NCBI GenBank assembly: GCA_964633745.1
Contig: CAZWHZ010000005.1
Span: forward strand, 1-42,127
Length of the DNA: 42,127 nucleotides
Source of the DNA: an uncultured Acidimicrobiia bacterium
Lineage (GTDB): Bacteria; Actinomycetota; Acidimicrobiia; Spongiisociales; UBA4744
Reading direction: 5' to 3'
The translations under genes and the position numbers were made by a program. The notes under the pieces were generated by a model. It saw only the letters and a list, made by a program, of their open reading frames with translations. It made no database searches and was not told the origin of the DNA. Positions 20,525 through 29,993 of the stretch are shown in pieces. Each line of letters starts with the position of its first letter. Within the stretch, counting starts at the first letter, position 1.

Positions 20525-23265
20525 GGTTTCGACCTCACGAGTGCGCTCACGCCTATCAGCAGCAGCAGGTAGACACCGGCCGTCTCAGCGAGCAATCGGA
20601 GGGTCTTGTCGGGGGTGAACTCGGCGACACCCAGGGTTCCGTCGATCTCGTTCGCCCACTGGGATTGCGCCCACCCCGGTCCCCATCCTGAGTCTGCGTT
20701 GACCTTGAGCAGCACCCGAGCTGCAGGATCACCCTCGAAGCGAGGCGGCCTCCAGATCCAGGCAAGCCCATCGCTCGACTCGGCGAGCGGTGACGGGACT
20801 TCACTCTCAAAGACGGTGAATCCGAGACCTGGCAACGGTTTCATGTCGAGCTGGGCGTCGAACGCCGTGTCGAACGGAGTCGACCCGATGAGGATGACCC
20901 ATCGCACGCCGTACGCGGCGAGAGCCTCCCCTGGCCGTAGTTCGCCTGACAGGATGTCCTGGAGCGCCACCGCGAGCGCCTCGTCGCCGAGTCCGGGACT
21001 CCCGAGCCATCCCTCGGACAGCGTTGGGACCGGGCTATCGACGACCCGGTACCAGTACCCCCCGCCTGTCCTCGACGTGCCCGGAAGATCCGACTCATGT
21101 TCGCCCACGAGCAGGATCCGATCAGGACCGTCGGCTGCTGCACGAGCAGTGGTAAACGCGAAGGGAGCACCGAACTGGTCCGCTGCGAGGCCGGCCCTGC
21201 CGGACGGGATCATTGCGAGAGCGCCGGCGGCGAGCGCGATCCCCCCGACGGCTCCGACTGCAGCGAGAACTCTGCGAGGCAATGCCGATGTGGCGAACCT
21301 ATCCCCGAGATCCACAGAGGCCCCGGCCAGCAACGCACTGCCAACAGACGCCAGGATGAGCCCCGCGACCGCTATCTCGTGTCCCCCGCCAACGCCGGCG
21401 GTTCTCGCCACCACCGCGCCCCCTGCCACCAGGGCGGCGCCCAAGCCCCCGATCGCCGCCGTCTCTCTGTCTCCGATCGCGACAACGAGCAGGCCCGTGG
21501 CGGCGAGGAGACCGACAACCCAGACACTCGGCGTCCAGTACAACGAGGGACCGTCGAGAAGTACGGATGGCGAGACTGCATAGAGCCAAGGGAGGAGCAA
21601 GGGCAGCGCGAGTACGACACCGATGGTGCCCCTCACGACCGAGCCCCAGTCCCCCTTCACCAGGGATCCCACAAAGAGGACCACGAGAGGCAGCACCAGA
21701 CCGACGGGAGCAAAGACGGCAAGTGCCCCTGTCGACAGGCCGAGAGCGGCGATCCGCCCGACACGGCCCCGCCATTCATCCGGCCAGGGACGCAGCGCAA
21801 CGGCGATCGCCCAAGGAGCCGCTCCGAGAGCGAGCAGCGCCGGCCAAGCGTCCGCATCCCCGAGCATCCTCGCCGCCGGCCCGCCAACAAGGGCGAGTGC
21901 ACCGATGGCTCTCCCCCAGTGACCAATGCCGAGACGCCCGAGCATCCGCCCTGCTCCCCACAGCCCGGCCAGGAGTGCGCCAACCGTCAACACAGCGGAC
22001 GCGAGACCTGCCTTCGAGAACAACACGAGCTGCACGAGGGCGGTGGCACCGACGACAGGCATCATCGGTGAGGAGCTCCCGAGTCCCGCCGGGTTCCATC
22101 CGCCGGCGTACGCGGTGAGCGTTGCCCACGCCGATTCCGGGAGTGGCAGGGAGAAACCGCCCACAGGGAGCTGTCCACCCCAGATCGATCTCGTAGCAAC
22201 GAGCGCAAACAACACCCCGGCGACCGATGCGATGAATCGGGGCTGCTGCCAGAAGTTCCGACCGCGATCGATGATCTCCTCGAAGCGACCTTCGGCCGTT
22301 CGCTCGCGAAGTCGATCACCGATCAGTTCCCCCACCTCCCTGAGGGCAACCGACCCCCTCACCTGATAGCGGAAGAGTTCCTCATCCCCAACAAGGCGTG
22401 CCCGCCGCATGCGGCGACGGTCGTCGATCGTCGAAGGAAGCCGGCGAACGTTCCATGCCCATGAGAGAAAGAAACGCAGCAGCGCGCGTCGCTGATCGAT
22501 AACCGTGTGGCCAAGTGCCGAGATCAAGCCCGTCGCGAACGCCCCGGGAAGCGCCCACGCCAGCGTGAGGCGCTGGTACGCCTTGGCCATGGCTCTGATC
22601 TGGCCCGCGTCTTCACGCCAGGCTGGACCGGTTTCACATGTCCCCTCGTGGAGGACCTCGGCCGACGGCACCACCACGACCCTGCCTCCGGCGATACGAG
22701 CACGCTGTGAGAAATCGATGCCTGCAGCGCCCGGCGCCATGGTCGTATCCGGACCGCCAAGCCCCAAGAAGAGATCCCGCCGAACGAGCATGCACGCGCC
22801 CGAGACGTACGCGACGTCGCGAACCACGTCGTACTGCTCTTGGTCGCGCTCGTTGTCTTCGAGACCGGTGTAGGGCACACCAAACACGTCCGTTGCTGCA
22901 CCCACCAGCTCGAGCGTGTCAGGACGATCCGCCCTCAGCAGCTTCGCTCCGGCCACCGAAGCATCAGTGCGCTCGAGTTCGCCGACCATCGCTCCAAGAG
23001 CGTCCGGCCTGGGTCTCGCATCGTCATGCAGAACCCACACATGGGTTGTCTCGGGTCGCAGGACCTCGGCCAGATCACCTGGCGACGACACCCACATGGC
23101 GCCTCTCGCGTCAGCGATCTCCCGGCCGGGAGCCCCGCCTCCCACGACAGCGATGGATTCCGGCTCGTACACTTGGGCTTCGATCGCGTCGAGTGCGCCG
23201 GCAACTGTCCCGGCTCGCGCAACGACGGCGGCGAGAACGAATGCCTTGTGATCGGAGGACGACAT
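20521..23265 (-). CDS. Large glycosyltransferase family 2 with C-terminal polytopic membrane region
   Basis: HVWVLHDD, VSGACMLVRRDLF, GGPD and RARIAGGRVVVVPSAEVLH, followed by many hydrophobic segments. Confidence 0.85.
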   Translation of the reverse strand: MSSSDHKAFVLAAVVARAGTVAGALDAIEAQVYEPESIAVVGGGAPGREIADARGAMWVSSPGDLAEVLRPETTHVWVLHDDARPRPDALGAMVGELERTDASVAGAKLLRADRPDTLELVGAATDVFGVPYTGLEDNERDQEQYDVVRDVAYVSGACMLVRRDLFLGLGGPDTTMAPGAAGIDFSQRARIAGGRVVVVPSAEVLHEGTCETGPAWREDAGQIRAMAKAYQRLTLAWALPGAFATGLISALGHTVIDQRRALLRFFLSWAWNVRRLPSTIDDRRRMRRARLVGDEELFRYQVRGSVALREVGELIGDRLRERTAEGRFEEIIDRGRNFWQQPRFIASVAGVLFALVATRSIWGGQLPVGGFSLPLPESAWATLTAYAGGWNPAGLGSSSPMMPVVGATALVQLVLFSKAGLASAVLTVGALLAGLWGAGRMLGRLGIGHWGRAIGALALVGGPAARMLGDADAWPALLALGAAPWAIAVALRPWPDEWRGRVGRIAALGLSTGALAVFAPVGLVLPLVVLFVGSLVKGDWGSVVRGTIGVVLALPLLLPWLYAVSPSVLLDGPSLYWTPSVWVVGLLAATGLLVVAIGDRETAAIGGLGAALVAGGAVVARTAGVGGGHEIAVAGLILASVGSALLAGASVDLGDRFATSALPRRVLAAVGAVGGIALAAGALAMIPSGRAGLAADQFGAPFAFTTARAAADGPDRILLVGEHESDLPGTSRTGGGYWYRVVDSPVPTLSEGWLGSPGLGDEALAVALQDILSGELRPGEALAAYGVRWVILIGSTPFDTAFDAQLDMKPLPGLGFTVFESEVPSPLAESSDGLAWIWRPPRFEGDPAARVLLKVNADSGWGPGWAQSQWANEIDGTLGVAEFTPDKTLRLLAETAGVYLLLLIGVSALVRSKP

Positions 23266-23322
23266 GCGGACGCCATTGTGGAGCCCACCGGGCTCTACCG
23301 CAATCCGACTGGAGAGTCACTA

Positions 23323-24240
23323 ATGGTCCGGGTTGCCCTCCTCTCGGGTGGCGTCGGCGGAGCGCGGCTTGCTCGTGGCCTGTATGCGCTCGACGGAGTG
23401 GACACCTCCGTCATCGTGAACGTGGGCGACGACGAGGTGGTCTACGGCGTCGACGTGTCCCCCGACGTCGACACCGTGATCTACACACTCGCCTCGGTTG
23501 AGGGACCGCACGGATGGGGTATCGAAGGCGATGGCACCGAGGTGATGGCCCACCTCGAGGCGTTCGGGATCGACACATCCTTCCGGATAGGCGACCGGGA
23601 TCTCGCCACCAACCTGTTCAGAACGCAAATGCTGCGAGACGGCGCGACCCTCTCTGAAGTGACCCGCAGGGCCTCCTCGGCGTTTGGGCTCGATGCGACG
23701 ATCCTGCCGGTCACCGATGACCCGGTGAGGACGATGCTGCACGTCGACGACGGGTGGATCCGTTTCCAAGAGTACTTCGTCATTCGTGGGCAGAAGGACA
23801 CCGTCCTGGACATCAGGTTCGACGGTGCAGACGAGGCATCGCCCGCTCCGGGAGTGCTGGAGGCGATCAGAGACGCAGACGTTGCCCTGGTCGCTCCGTC
23901 GAACCCGCCGCTCTCGATATGGCCAATTCTCGCGGTCCCCGGCGTGGCCGACGCACTGGCCAGGTCGCCTCGGGTGATATGTGTGAGCCCGCTCTTCGGA
24001 GGACGAGCGTTGAAGGGACCAGCACACGTCGTGCTGCGCTCGCTCGGCATGTCGCCCGGCAACAGAGGCGTGGTCGAGGCGTACAAAGGCCTTCTCGATG
24101 ATCTTGTGATCGACGTAGGAGACGCTCCTGACCGCAGCCGCCTCGCCGACATGGGACTTCGTGTCCACGTGCACGACACCAGGATCTCGGACCCGGATGC
24201 AGCTGCCACATTCGCGGAGTGGCTGATGAGCCTCCTGTGA
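23323..24240 (+). CDS. cofD: 2-phospho-L-lactate transferase (F420 biosynthesis)
   Basis: LSGGVGGARL, VNVGDD, SPDVDTVIYTLA, IGDRDLAT, FQEYFV, APSNPPLSI. GGAGAG SD before ATG 23323. Confidence 0.95.
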   Translation: MVRVALLSGGVGGARLARGLYALDGVDTSVIVNVGDDEVVYGVDVSPDVDTVIYTLASVEGPHGWGIEGDGTEVMAHLEAFGIDTSFRIGDRDLATNLFRTQMLRDGATLSEVTRRASSAFGLDATILPVTDDPVRTMLHVDDGWIRFQEYFVIRGQKDTVLDIRFDGADEASPAPGVLEAIRDADVALVAPSNPPLSIWPILAVPGVADALARSPRVICVSPLFGGRALKGPAHVVLRSLGMSPGNRGVVEAYKGLLDDLVIDVGDAPDRSRLADMGLRVHVHDTRISDPDAAATFAEWLMSLL

Positions 24241-24935
24241 CGCTCTCGGTCACTCCCCTCGTGGGAATCGAAGAGGTGCACGAGGGTGACGATCTCGCCG
24301 CCCTCATCGTTGCAGCACTCGACGCCAACGAGATCGCGCTGCAGCACGACGACGTGGTCGTGGTCACCCACAAGGTGGTCTCGAAGGCAGAGGGATCTGT
24401 CGAATCCTTCGACAGCGAACAGGAGTACCGCGACATAGTCGAACGGGAGTCGCGTGCCGTGATCAGGCGCCGCGGAGATCTCACCATTTCGATCACACGA
24501 CAAGGCTTCATCTGTGCCAACGCCGGGGTAGATCGCTCGAACGTCGAGCCGGGTCATGCGGTCCTTCACCCTCGCAATCCAGACAGCTCCGCACACGAGC
24601 TTCGGAAGAGAATCGAACGCGAAACCGGCGTGCGTCTCGCCGTGGTCATCACCGACACGTTCGGACGGGTGTGGCGTAGGGGCCTCACGGACGTCGCTAT
24701 CGGGGTCTCCGGCATGGCGCCGCTGCTCGACTACCGGGGCTCGGTCGATACCTGGAACAGGCGGCTGGAAGTCACCGAAGTGGCGATCGTCGATGAGATC
24801 GCCGCCGCTGCCGATCTCGTGATGGGGAAGGCCGACAACATCCCGGTTGCGATCGTACGTGGGCTCTCCTGGATGCCGGGTGAGGGGCGAGCGACGGACC
24901 TCGTTCGCCCCCCGCACGAAGACCTGTTCCGCTAG
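24237..24935 (+). CDS. cofE: Coenzyme F420-0:L-glutamate ligase, stand-alone (no C-terminal nitroreductase domain)
   Basis: KVVSKAEG, CANAGVDRSN, ITDTFGRVWRRG, DEIAAAADLVMGK, PVAIVRG, DLFR. GTGA overlap with the cofD stop. Confidence 0.95.
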   Translation: MTLSVTPLVGIEEVHEGDDLAALIVAALDANEIALQHDDVVVVTHKVVSKAEGSVESFDSEQEYRDIVERESRAVIRRRGDLTISITRQGFICANAGVDRSNVEPGHAVLHPRNPDSSAHELRKRIERETGVRLAVVITDTFGRVWRRGLTDVAIGVSGMAPLLDYRGSVDTWNRRLEVTEVAIVDEIAAAADLVMGKADNIPVAIVRGLSWMPGEGRATDLVRPPHEDLFR

Positions 24936-25858
24936 CGAAGAGCCTCCACCGTCTGATGGAGACCGTCATCGAGCGTTGTCCAGGGGTGCCATCCGAGGAG
25001 CTTGAACGCGAGTGATGGGTCGACCACCGACCGGTAGATGTCTCCCGCCCTGGGGTCGCCGAACACCGGGTTCTGATCGAATCCGATGATCGAGGCGAGA
25101 CGCGTGAACAGGTCGATCACCGACGTCTCCACGCCTGTGCCGATGTTGATGAGCCGTCCGCCTTCCACACCACCCGCACGCACGCACGCATCGACCACGT
25201 CCCTGACAAAAACGTAGTCGCGCGAATGTCCCCCGTCGCCGAAGATCACCGGGCGCCTGCCCTCAAGCATCAGGTTGGAGAAGATCGAAACGACTCCCGC
25301 TTCCCCGTAGGGATCCTGACGCGGCCCGTAGACATTGGAGAATGCCATGAGGACGTAGTCGACACCCGTCACGTTCTTGTAGTAGCGGAAGTAGTCCTCG
25401 ACGACTTTCTTCGAAATGCCATATGGCGAATCGGGATGCTTGACCTGCGACTCCTTCGCCGGGAGCTTCGCGCCGGCGCCATAGATCGCTCCGCCCGATG
25501 AAGCCGCGACGATCCTGACCGCCTCGACTCGGCGAGAGGCCTCCAGAACGTTGAGCGTCCCAAGTATGTTGATCGAAGCGTCCAGCATGGGATCTCGGGC
25601 GGACACGCTCACCGACGCCTGGGCCGCCAGGTGGTACACGACTTCCGGTTGGAAGCGCTCCACCGCCGTGACAAACGAGTCGTCTCTGATGTCGAGCTGA
25701 TGAAACTGGACGTGGCCCTGCCGGCGAGCCTCGGCGAGATTGCTCAGGCGACCGTTGGAGAGGTCGTCGATGACGAGTACCTCCCACCCTTCGTCGATGA
25801 GCCGGTCGACGAGATGCGAACCGATGAAGCCGGCACCGCCGGTGACGAGGGCCTTCAT
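24932..25858 (-). CDS. NAD-dependent nucleotide-sugar epimerase/dehydratase (UDP-glucose 4-epimerase-like)
   Basis: LVTGGAGFIGSHL, HLAAQ, SSGGAIYG, YGISK (YxxxK), NVYGPRQDP. Confidence 0.93.
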   Translation of the reverse strand: MKALVTGGAGFIGSHLVDRLIDEGWEVLVIDDLSNGRLSNLAEARRQGHVQFHQLDIRDDSFVTAVERFQPEVVYHLAAQASVSVSARDPMLDASINILGTLNVLEASRRVEAVRIVAASSGGAIYGAGAKLPAKESQVKHPDSPYGISKKVVEDYFRYYKNVTGVDYVLMAFSNVYGPRQDPYGEAGVVSIFSNLMLEGRRPVIFGDGGHSRDYVFVRDVVDACVRAGGVEGGRLINIGTGVETSVIDLFTRLASIIGFDQNPVFGDPRAGDIYRSVVDPSLAFKLLGWHPWTTLDDGLHQTVEALR

Positions 25859-26556
25859 CGAAGCATCGACCCCTTGGCAGCGAACCGCACGCCGATCAGC
25901 CGGAACAACGCGGGGAGTCCGTCGCGCCACGAGATCTTCTTGCCTTCCGTGACCTCACGACCGGTGTAGCGAATCGGCACTTCGTATATCCGATAGCCGA
26001 GCCTCAAGATCTTGGCGGTCACCTCGGGCTCGATATCGAATCTGTTCGCCGTGAGACGCAAGGAGCGGGCGAGCGTGCCATCGATCAGTTTCGAGCACGT
26101 CTCCATATCAGACAACGTCGTGTTGTAGAGCACGTTGGTGAGAAGACTCAGGAACCGGTTGCCGACCCAGTGCCAGAACAACATGTTGCGTCGCTCGCCC
26201 GTGAACCGAGATCCGTACACCACAGACGCGTCGCCTTCGAGTGCCGGTCTGAGCAGCGCCGGCCAGTCTCGCGGGTCGTACTCCAAATCGGCGTCGTAGA
26301 CGATGATCCACTCCCCTGTGGAGGCTTCGATCGCCCTTCGGATGGCCGCGCCCTTGCCGAAGTTCTCGGCCTGGTGAATGACTCGAACCGTCGAATCGGC
26401 CAGATGATCGACGACTTCGCCCGTACCGTCCGTCGACCCGTCATCGACGATGATGATCTCGCGTTCGACCGGAAGCTCGACGCTGCGGGCTCTTCGCACC
26501 GCTTCGCCAACCGTTCGCCGCTCGTTGTACACAGGGATGAGAATCGATAGCTTCAC
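25855..26556 (-). CDS. Glycosyltransferase family 2 (DPM1-like)
   Basis: SILIPVYNE, VDDGSTDGT, GKGAAIR, DADLEYDP, VYGSRF, DMETC, FDIEPEVT. Confidence 0.92.
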   Translation of the reverse strand: MKLSILIPVYNERRTVGEAVRRARSVELPVEREIIIVDDGSTDGTGEVVDHLADSTVRVIHQAENFGKGAAIRRAIEASTGEWIIVYDADLEYDPRDWPALLRPALEGDASVVYGSRFTGERRNMLFWHWVGNRFLSLLTNVLYNTTLSDMETCSKLIDGTLARSLRLTANRFDIEPEVTAKILRLGYRIYEVPIRYTGREVTEGKKISWRDGLPALFRLIGVRFAAKGSMLR

Positions 26557-26561
26557 CAGAA

Positions 26562-26667
26562 GAAGGCTAGTGGCGGGTCACTAGCCTTCGTACCTGGTAT
26601 CTCGTACCCCGTACAGCTCGCCCCGTGGTCTCAGACAGTGTCGGTCGCGTACCGGGTACAAGGTACG
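26562..26667. repeat. Intergenic hairpin + inverted heptamer-array element, copy 3
   Basis: 11-bp hairpin GAAGGCTAGTG-N6-CACTAGCCTTC (26562-26589). Left arm TCGTACC TGGTATC TCGTACC CCGTACA (26588-26615). Core 26618-26654 shared with copy 1. Right arm GCGTACC GGGTACA AGGTACG (26647-26667). Confidence 0.8.
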
Positions 26668-26673
26668 TCCTGC

Positions 26674-27945
26674 CTACCGCCCTATCCCCTGGTAGCTCAA
26701 GCCCAACCGTCGCACGGCTACCGGATCCAGCAGATTGCGCCCGTCCACGATCGCGCTGCCCCGCATGACCCTCGCCACATCGTGCAAGTCCACGGTGCGG
26801 TACTCCGACCACTCGGTGGCGATGAGAAGAACATCTGCACCCCGTGCAGCTTCGATGGGAGTGCCGACTTGTTCGAGACCGCCCAGGGCCACCTGCGCCT
26901 GAGGGTCGTGGGCACGGATCCGGCACCCCCCTTCCAGCAGGAGCTCCGCGATCGCGATCGCAGGGGATGATCGTGTGTCGTCGGTACCTGCCTTGAAAGC
27001 GAGACCCCACAGAGCGATCGTTTTGCCCTGGAGCGACCCGCCGGCGCCACGTCGGACGTGATCGACAACCCTCTCCAGTTGGAGATCGTTGATGCGGATC
27101 ACACTCTTCAACAGCGCAAAGTCGTAGCCCGCGTTGTTGGCGACCGCAACCAGGGCATTCGTGTCCTTCGGGAAGCAGGAGCCGCCGAAACCAGGTCCCG
27201 GGTTGAAGAAGTGGAACCCGATCCTGCTGTCGTAGCCCATCCCGAGTAGCACATCCTTGACATCCGCACCTACCGCTTCGCAGAGGTTCGCGATCGCGTT
27301 GGCGAACGTGATCCGGGTCGCGAGAAACGCATTGGCCGAATACTTGACCATCTCCGATGACACCGGGTCGGTGACGACGAGTGGCGCCTGCAGACCGCGA
27401 TACAGCTCGATCATCTTCTCCGCCGCACGCTGGTCCGAAGTACCGATCACGATCCGGTCCGGGTGCAGGAAGTCTGAGATGGCCGACCCTTCGCGAAGAA
27501 ACTCCGGGTTGCTGATGGCCACCGCGTCGGATCCGTGACTCTGGAGCACCTGTTGGATACGTCCGACCGTCCCAACGGGAACGGTGGACTTCAAGACGAC
27601 GATTGTCCCTGACGCAAGATGCCCGCCGATCTCGTCGAGTACGGCGTAGACGATCGATGTGTCCGCAGCGCCGTCCTCTCCCTGTGGCGTCGGGACCGCC
27701 AGGAACACGATTTCCGCGTCACGAACCGCATCGACATTTGAGGAGAAGACAACGAGACGTCCATCGTCGACTGCGGCCTGGAGGAAGGAACTGAGTTCAG
27801 GCTCGTAGATCGGCGACTGGCCCTTGCGAAGCGCATCGACCCTCTCCTGGTCACGCTCACCGATCCTCACCGAGTGCCCAAGTGTGGCGAGGCCGACGGC
27901 AGTCGCCAGGCCGACATAACCGGCGCCAATGACAGCAACATCCAT
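26674..27945 (-). CDS. ugd: UDP-glucose/GDP-mannose dehydrogenase family protein
   Basis: GAGYVG, KSTVPVGT, SNPEFLREG, KYSANAFLA, GFGGSCFPKD, GLAFKAGTDDTR. Confidence 0.93.
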   Translation of the reverse strand: MDVAVIGAGYVGLATAVGLATLGHSVRIGERDQERVDALRKGQSPIYEPELSSFLQAAVDDGRLVVFSSNVDAVRDAEIVFLAVPTPQGEDGAADTSIVYAVLDEIGGHLASGTIVVLKSTVPVGTVGRIQQVLQSHGSDAVAISNPEFLREGSAISDFLHPDRIVIGTSDQRAAEKMIELYRGLQAPLVVTDPVSSEMVKYSANAFLATRITFANAIANLCEAVGADVKDVLLGMGYDSRIGFHFFNPGPGFGGSCFPKDTNALVAVANNAGYDFALLKSVIRINDLQLERVVDHVRRGAGGSLQGKTIALWGLAFKAGTDDTRSSPAIAIAELLLEGGCRIRAHDPQAQVALGGLEQVGTPIEAARGADVLLIATEWSEYRTVDLHDVARVMRGSAIVDGRNLLDPVAVRRLGLSYQGIGR

Positions 27946-27967
27946 CGGCAGAACGATACTCGACGTA

Positions 27968-29269
27968 TCAGCCTTGGGCGTCGCTCCCAACGATCACGAT
28001 GACGTCAACGGAGCTGGAAACCGTCCCTGGTACTGCCTCACCCACACCGGCCTTCTCGGCGATCGCGCGAGCCCATGCCAAATTGTCGGGAGCGGCGATG
28101 ATTTGGGTCGTTGCGAAGTCGCTGCGCGTCGCGTCACCCACTTCGGTGATCTCGACACCGTCCCCGGCAAGCTTCTGAGCCATTGCTCCGGCCGAACCGG
28201 GTACCCCATTGCCGTTGAGCACCCGCACCCTTATGACTTCGGCAGTACCTACGGGGAACGGATCCCCGACGGCGAACGTGGCGAGGAGCGCGGTCGCCTC
28301 CGGTTCCTTCTGGATCTGATAGGAGCGACTATCGAGGGTCTTGCTATACGTCGGGAGCGTCGCCGTCTCGATGTTGGACTGGCCGACGGATCGCAAGGAC
28401 CAGGCGAGGTCCACGATTTCGCGTTGCGTCAGAGTCGAGTCCACGGTCATGTGGCCGGCAAACGATTGAATGAGTGATGTCGCGCCGGCGATGGACGAGG
28501 GCCGCTTCAATTCGGCAAGTATGGCGAGGATGAGCTGCTGCTGCCGTCGTGTCCGACCTATGTCGCTCGCGTCGACCGACTTCCAAGACCCATCGATCAA
28601 CTCCTGGTAGTGGCGGGAGCGAGCGTAGGCAAGTGCCATGGACCCATTGAGTGTCTGAGTTCCTGCGTCGGCTCGAAAACCTGAACTCAGATCTCTTGCC
28701 TGATAGGGGAACGAGAGCTGGACACCTCCGAGTTCCTCGACGATGGCGGCGAACCCGGAGAAGTCGACTTCCATGTAGTGGTTGATCGGGATACCTGTTG
28801 TGTCCTGTACCGTCTTGACCATCAACTCGCCGCCGCCGAACGCAAATGCCGCGTTGACCCTGTTCGTCCCGTGCCCATCGATCTCGACCTTCAGATCTCT
28901 CGGGATGCTGACGATCTGGGCCCTGTTCTCGTCCGGGAACACTTTGAGCAGCATGATGACGTCGGCACGCTGACCAACCGAGTTCCCGAAGTTGCCCTCG
29001 AGATCCTGCGTTCCTTCCCGGGAGTCGGAACCGATGACGAGAAACGTCACAGCCGGTCGCGGGATCGTCTCACCCGGGGAGACAGTCCCTTCGGGACGTT
29101 GGGTCGTCGGAGTCAGCACGTCCCCCACATCGGTGCGCTTCAGACTCTTGTCTACGGTGGATGAGATGTGCTTCAGGCCGAAGTACGTGCCGAACACCAC
29201 GACGTTCGCAAGTACGAGCAGCACGATGAGAGTGCGGCGAAGCCACTTGGAGATGCGGGGGGAAACCAT
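27968..29269 (-). CDS. LCP (LytR-CpsA-Psr) glycopolymer transferase with C-terminal LytR_C domain
   Basis: N-terminal TM, FLVIGSDSR, RADVIML, SIPRDL, ALAYARSR, DIGRTRRQQ and C-terminal VRVLNGNGVPGSAG. Confidence 0.93.
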   Translation of the reverse strand: MVSPRISKWLRRTLIVLLVLANVVVFGTYFGLKHISSTVDKSLKRTDVGDVLTPTTQRPEGTVSPGETIPRPAVTFLVIGSDSREGTQDLEGNFGNSVGQRADVIMLLKVFPDENRAQIVSIPRDLKVEIDGHGTNRVNAAFAFGGGELMVKTVQDTTGIPINHYMEVDFSGFAAIVEELGGVQLSFPYQARDLSSGFRADAGTQTLNGSMALAYARSRHYQELIDGSWKSVDASDIGRTRRQQQLILAILAELKRPSSIAGATSLIQSFAGHMTVDSTLTQREIVDLAWSLRSVGQSNIETATLPTYSKTLDSRSYQIQKEPEATALLATFAVGDPFPVGTAEVIRVRVLNGNGVPGSAGAMAQKLAGDGVEITEVGDATRSDFATTQIIAAPDNLAWARAIAEKAGVGEAVPGTVSSSVDVIVIVGSDAQG

Positions 29270-29293
29270 AGGGTGAGGTGAAGCGTAGCCAGC

Positions 29294-29959
29294 TCACGGG
29301 ACCAGGTGGACCTCGCCACTCGCGAGAGCGATCACTTCATATGGTGTCTCCACGACGAGACGTCCGGTCTCATCGACCTCGATGGCACGACCGGTCAACC
29401 CGGGCGCCCACGAGACCATCATGCCGAGAGTCGCGCATGCCGACCGGTACTCGTCGAGACCCCACGCGTCCGGACCTTGCTCGACCTTGTCGAGCAGCGA
29501 CTCCACCCACTCGAGTGCCCATGCGAGCGTCTCGTCCCGGCCGGGATCAGCATCCATCATCGCAATCGCGAACTCCGGAGGGTTGGCCCACGAGAGGTTG
29601 ACGCCGAGACCGATCGTGACAACAGGAGCTTTCGCCTCGCTCAGCACTCCGCCAACCTTCTTGCCTGACAGGAGCAGATCGTTTGGCCACTTCAGGTCGA
29701 CGGCGGGAAACACGTCGCGGGCGGCCAGTCCGGCCGCGAGTGCGAGTTTCGGCCACTCCTGATGCTCCCAATCCGGGCCGAACGCGACCGACACGAACAG
29801 ACCCCGATCAGGCTGTTCCCATCGCCGGCCGTTGCGCCCGCGTCCCCCCACTTGGTGCTCGGCAACAACCACGACGGGACGGCCGGCGAATGCCCCATAC
29901 GCGACATCCTGCGTGGAGGTGACGGTGTCTTCGACGATGAGCGCGTATCGTGTAGCCAT
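29294..29959 (-). CDS. birA: Biotin-protein ligase without N-terminal HTH
   Basis: [39 protein letters not shown]. Divergent from the carboxylase genes. Confidence 0.92.
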   Translation of the reverse strand: MATRYALIVEDTVTSTQDVAYGAFAGRPVVVVAEHQVGGRGRNGRRWEQPDRGLFVSVAFGPDWEHQEWPKLALAAGLAARDVFPAVDLKWPNDLLLSGKKVGGVLSEAKAPVVTIGLGVNLSWANPPEFAIAMMDADPGRDETLAWALEWVESLLDKVEQGPDAWGLDEYRSACATLGMMVSWAPGLTGRAIEVDETGRLVVETPYEVIALASGEVHLVP

Positions 29960-29993
29960 TCGAAGCGATCGAGAGTCAAAGGTCAATCTACGC

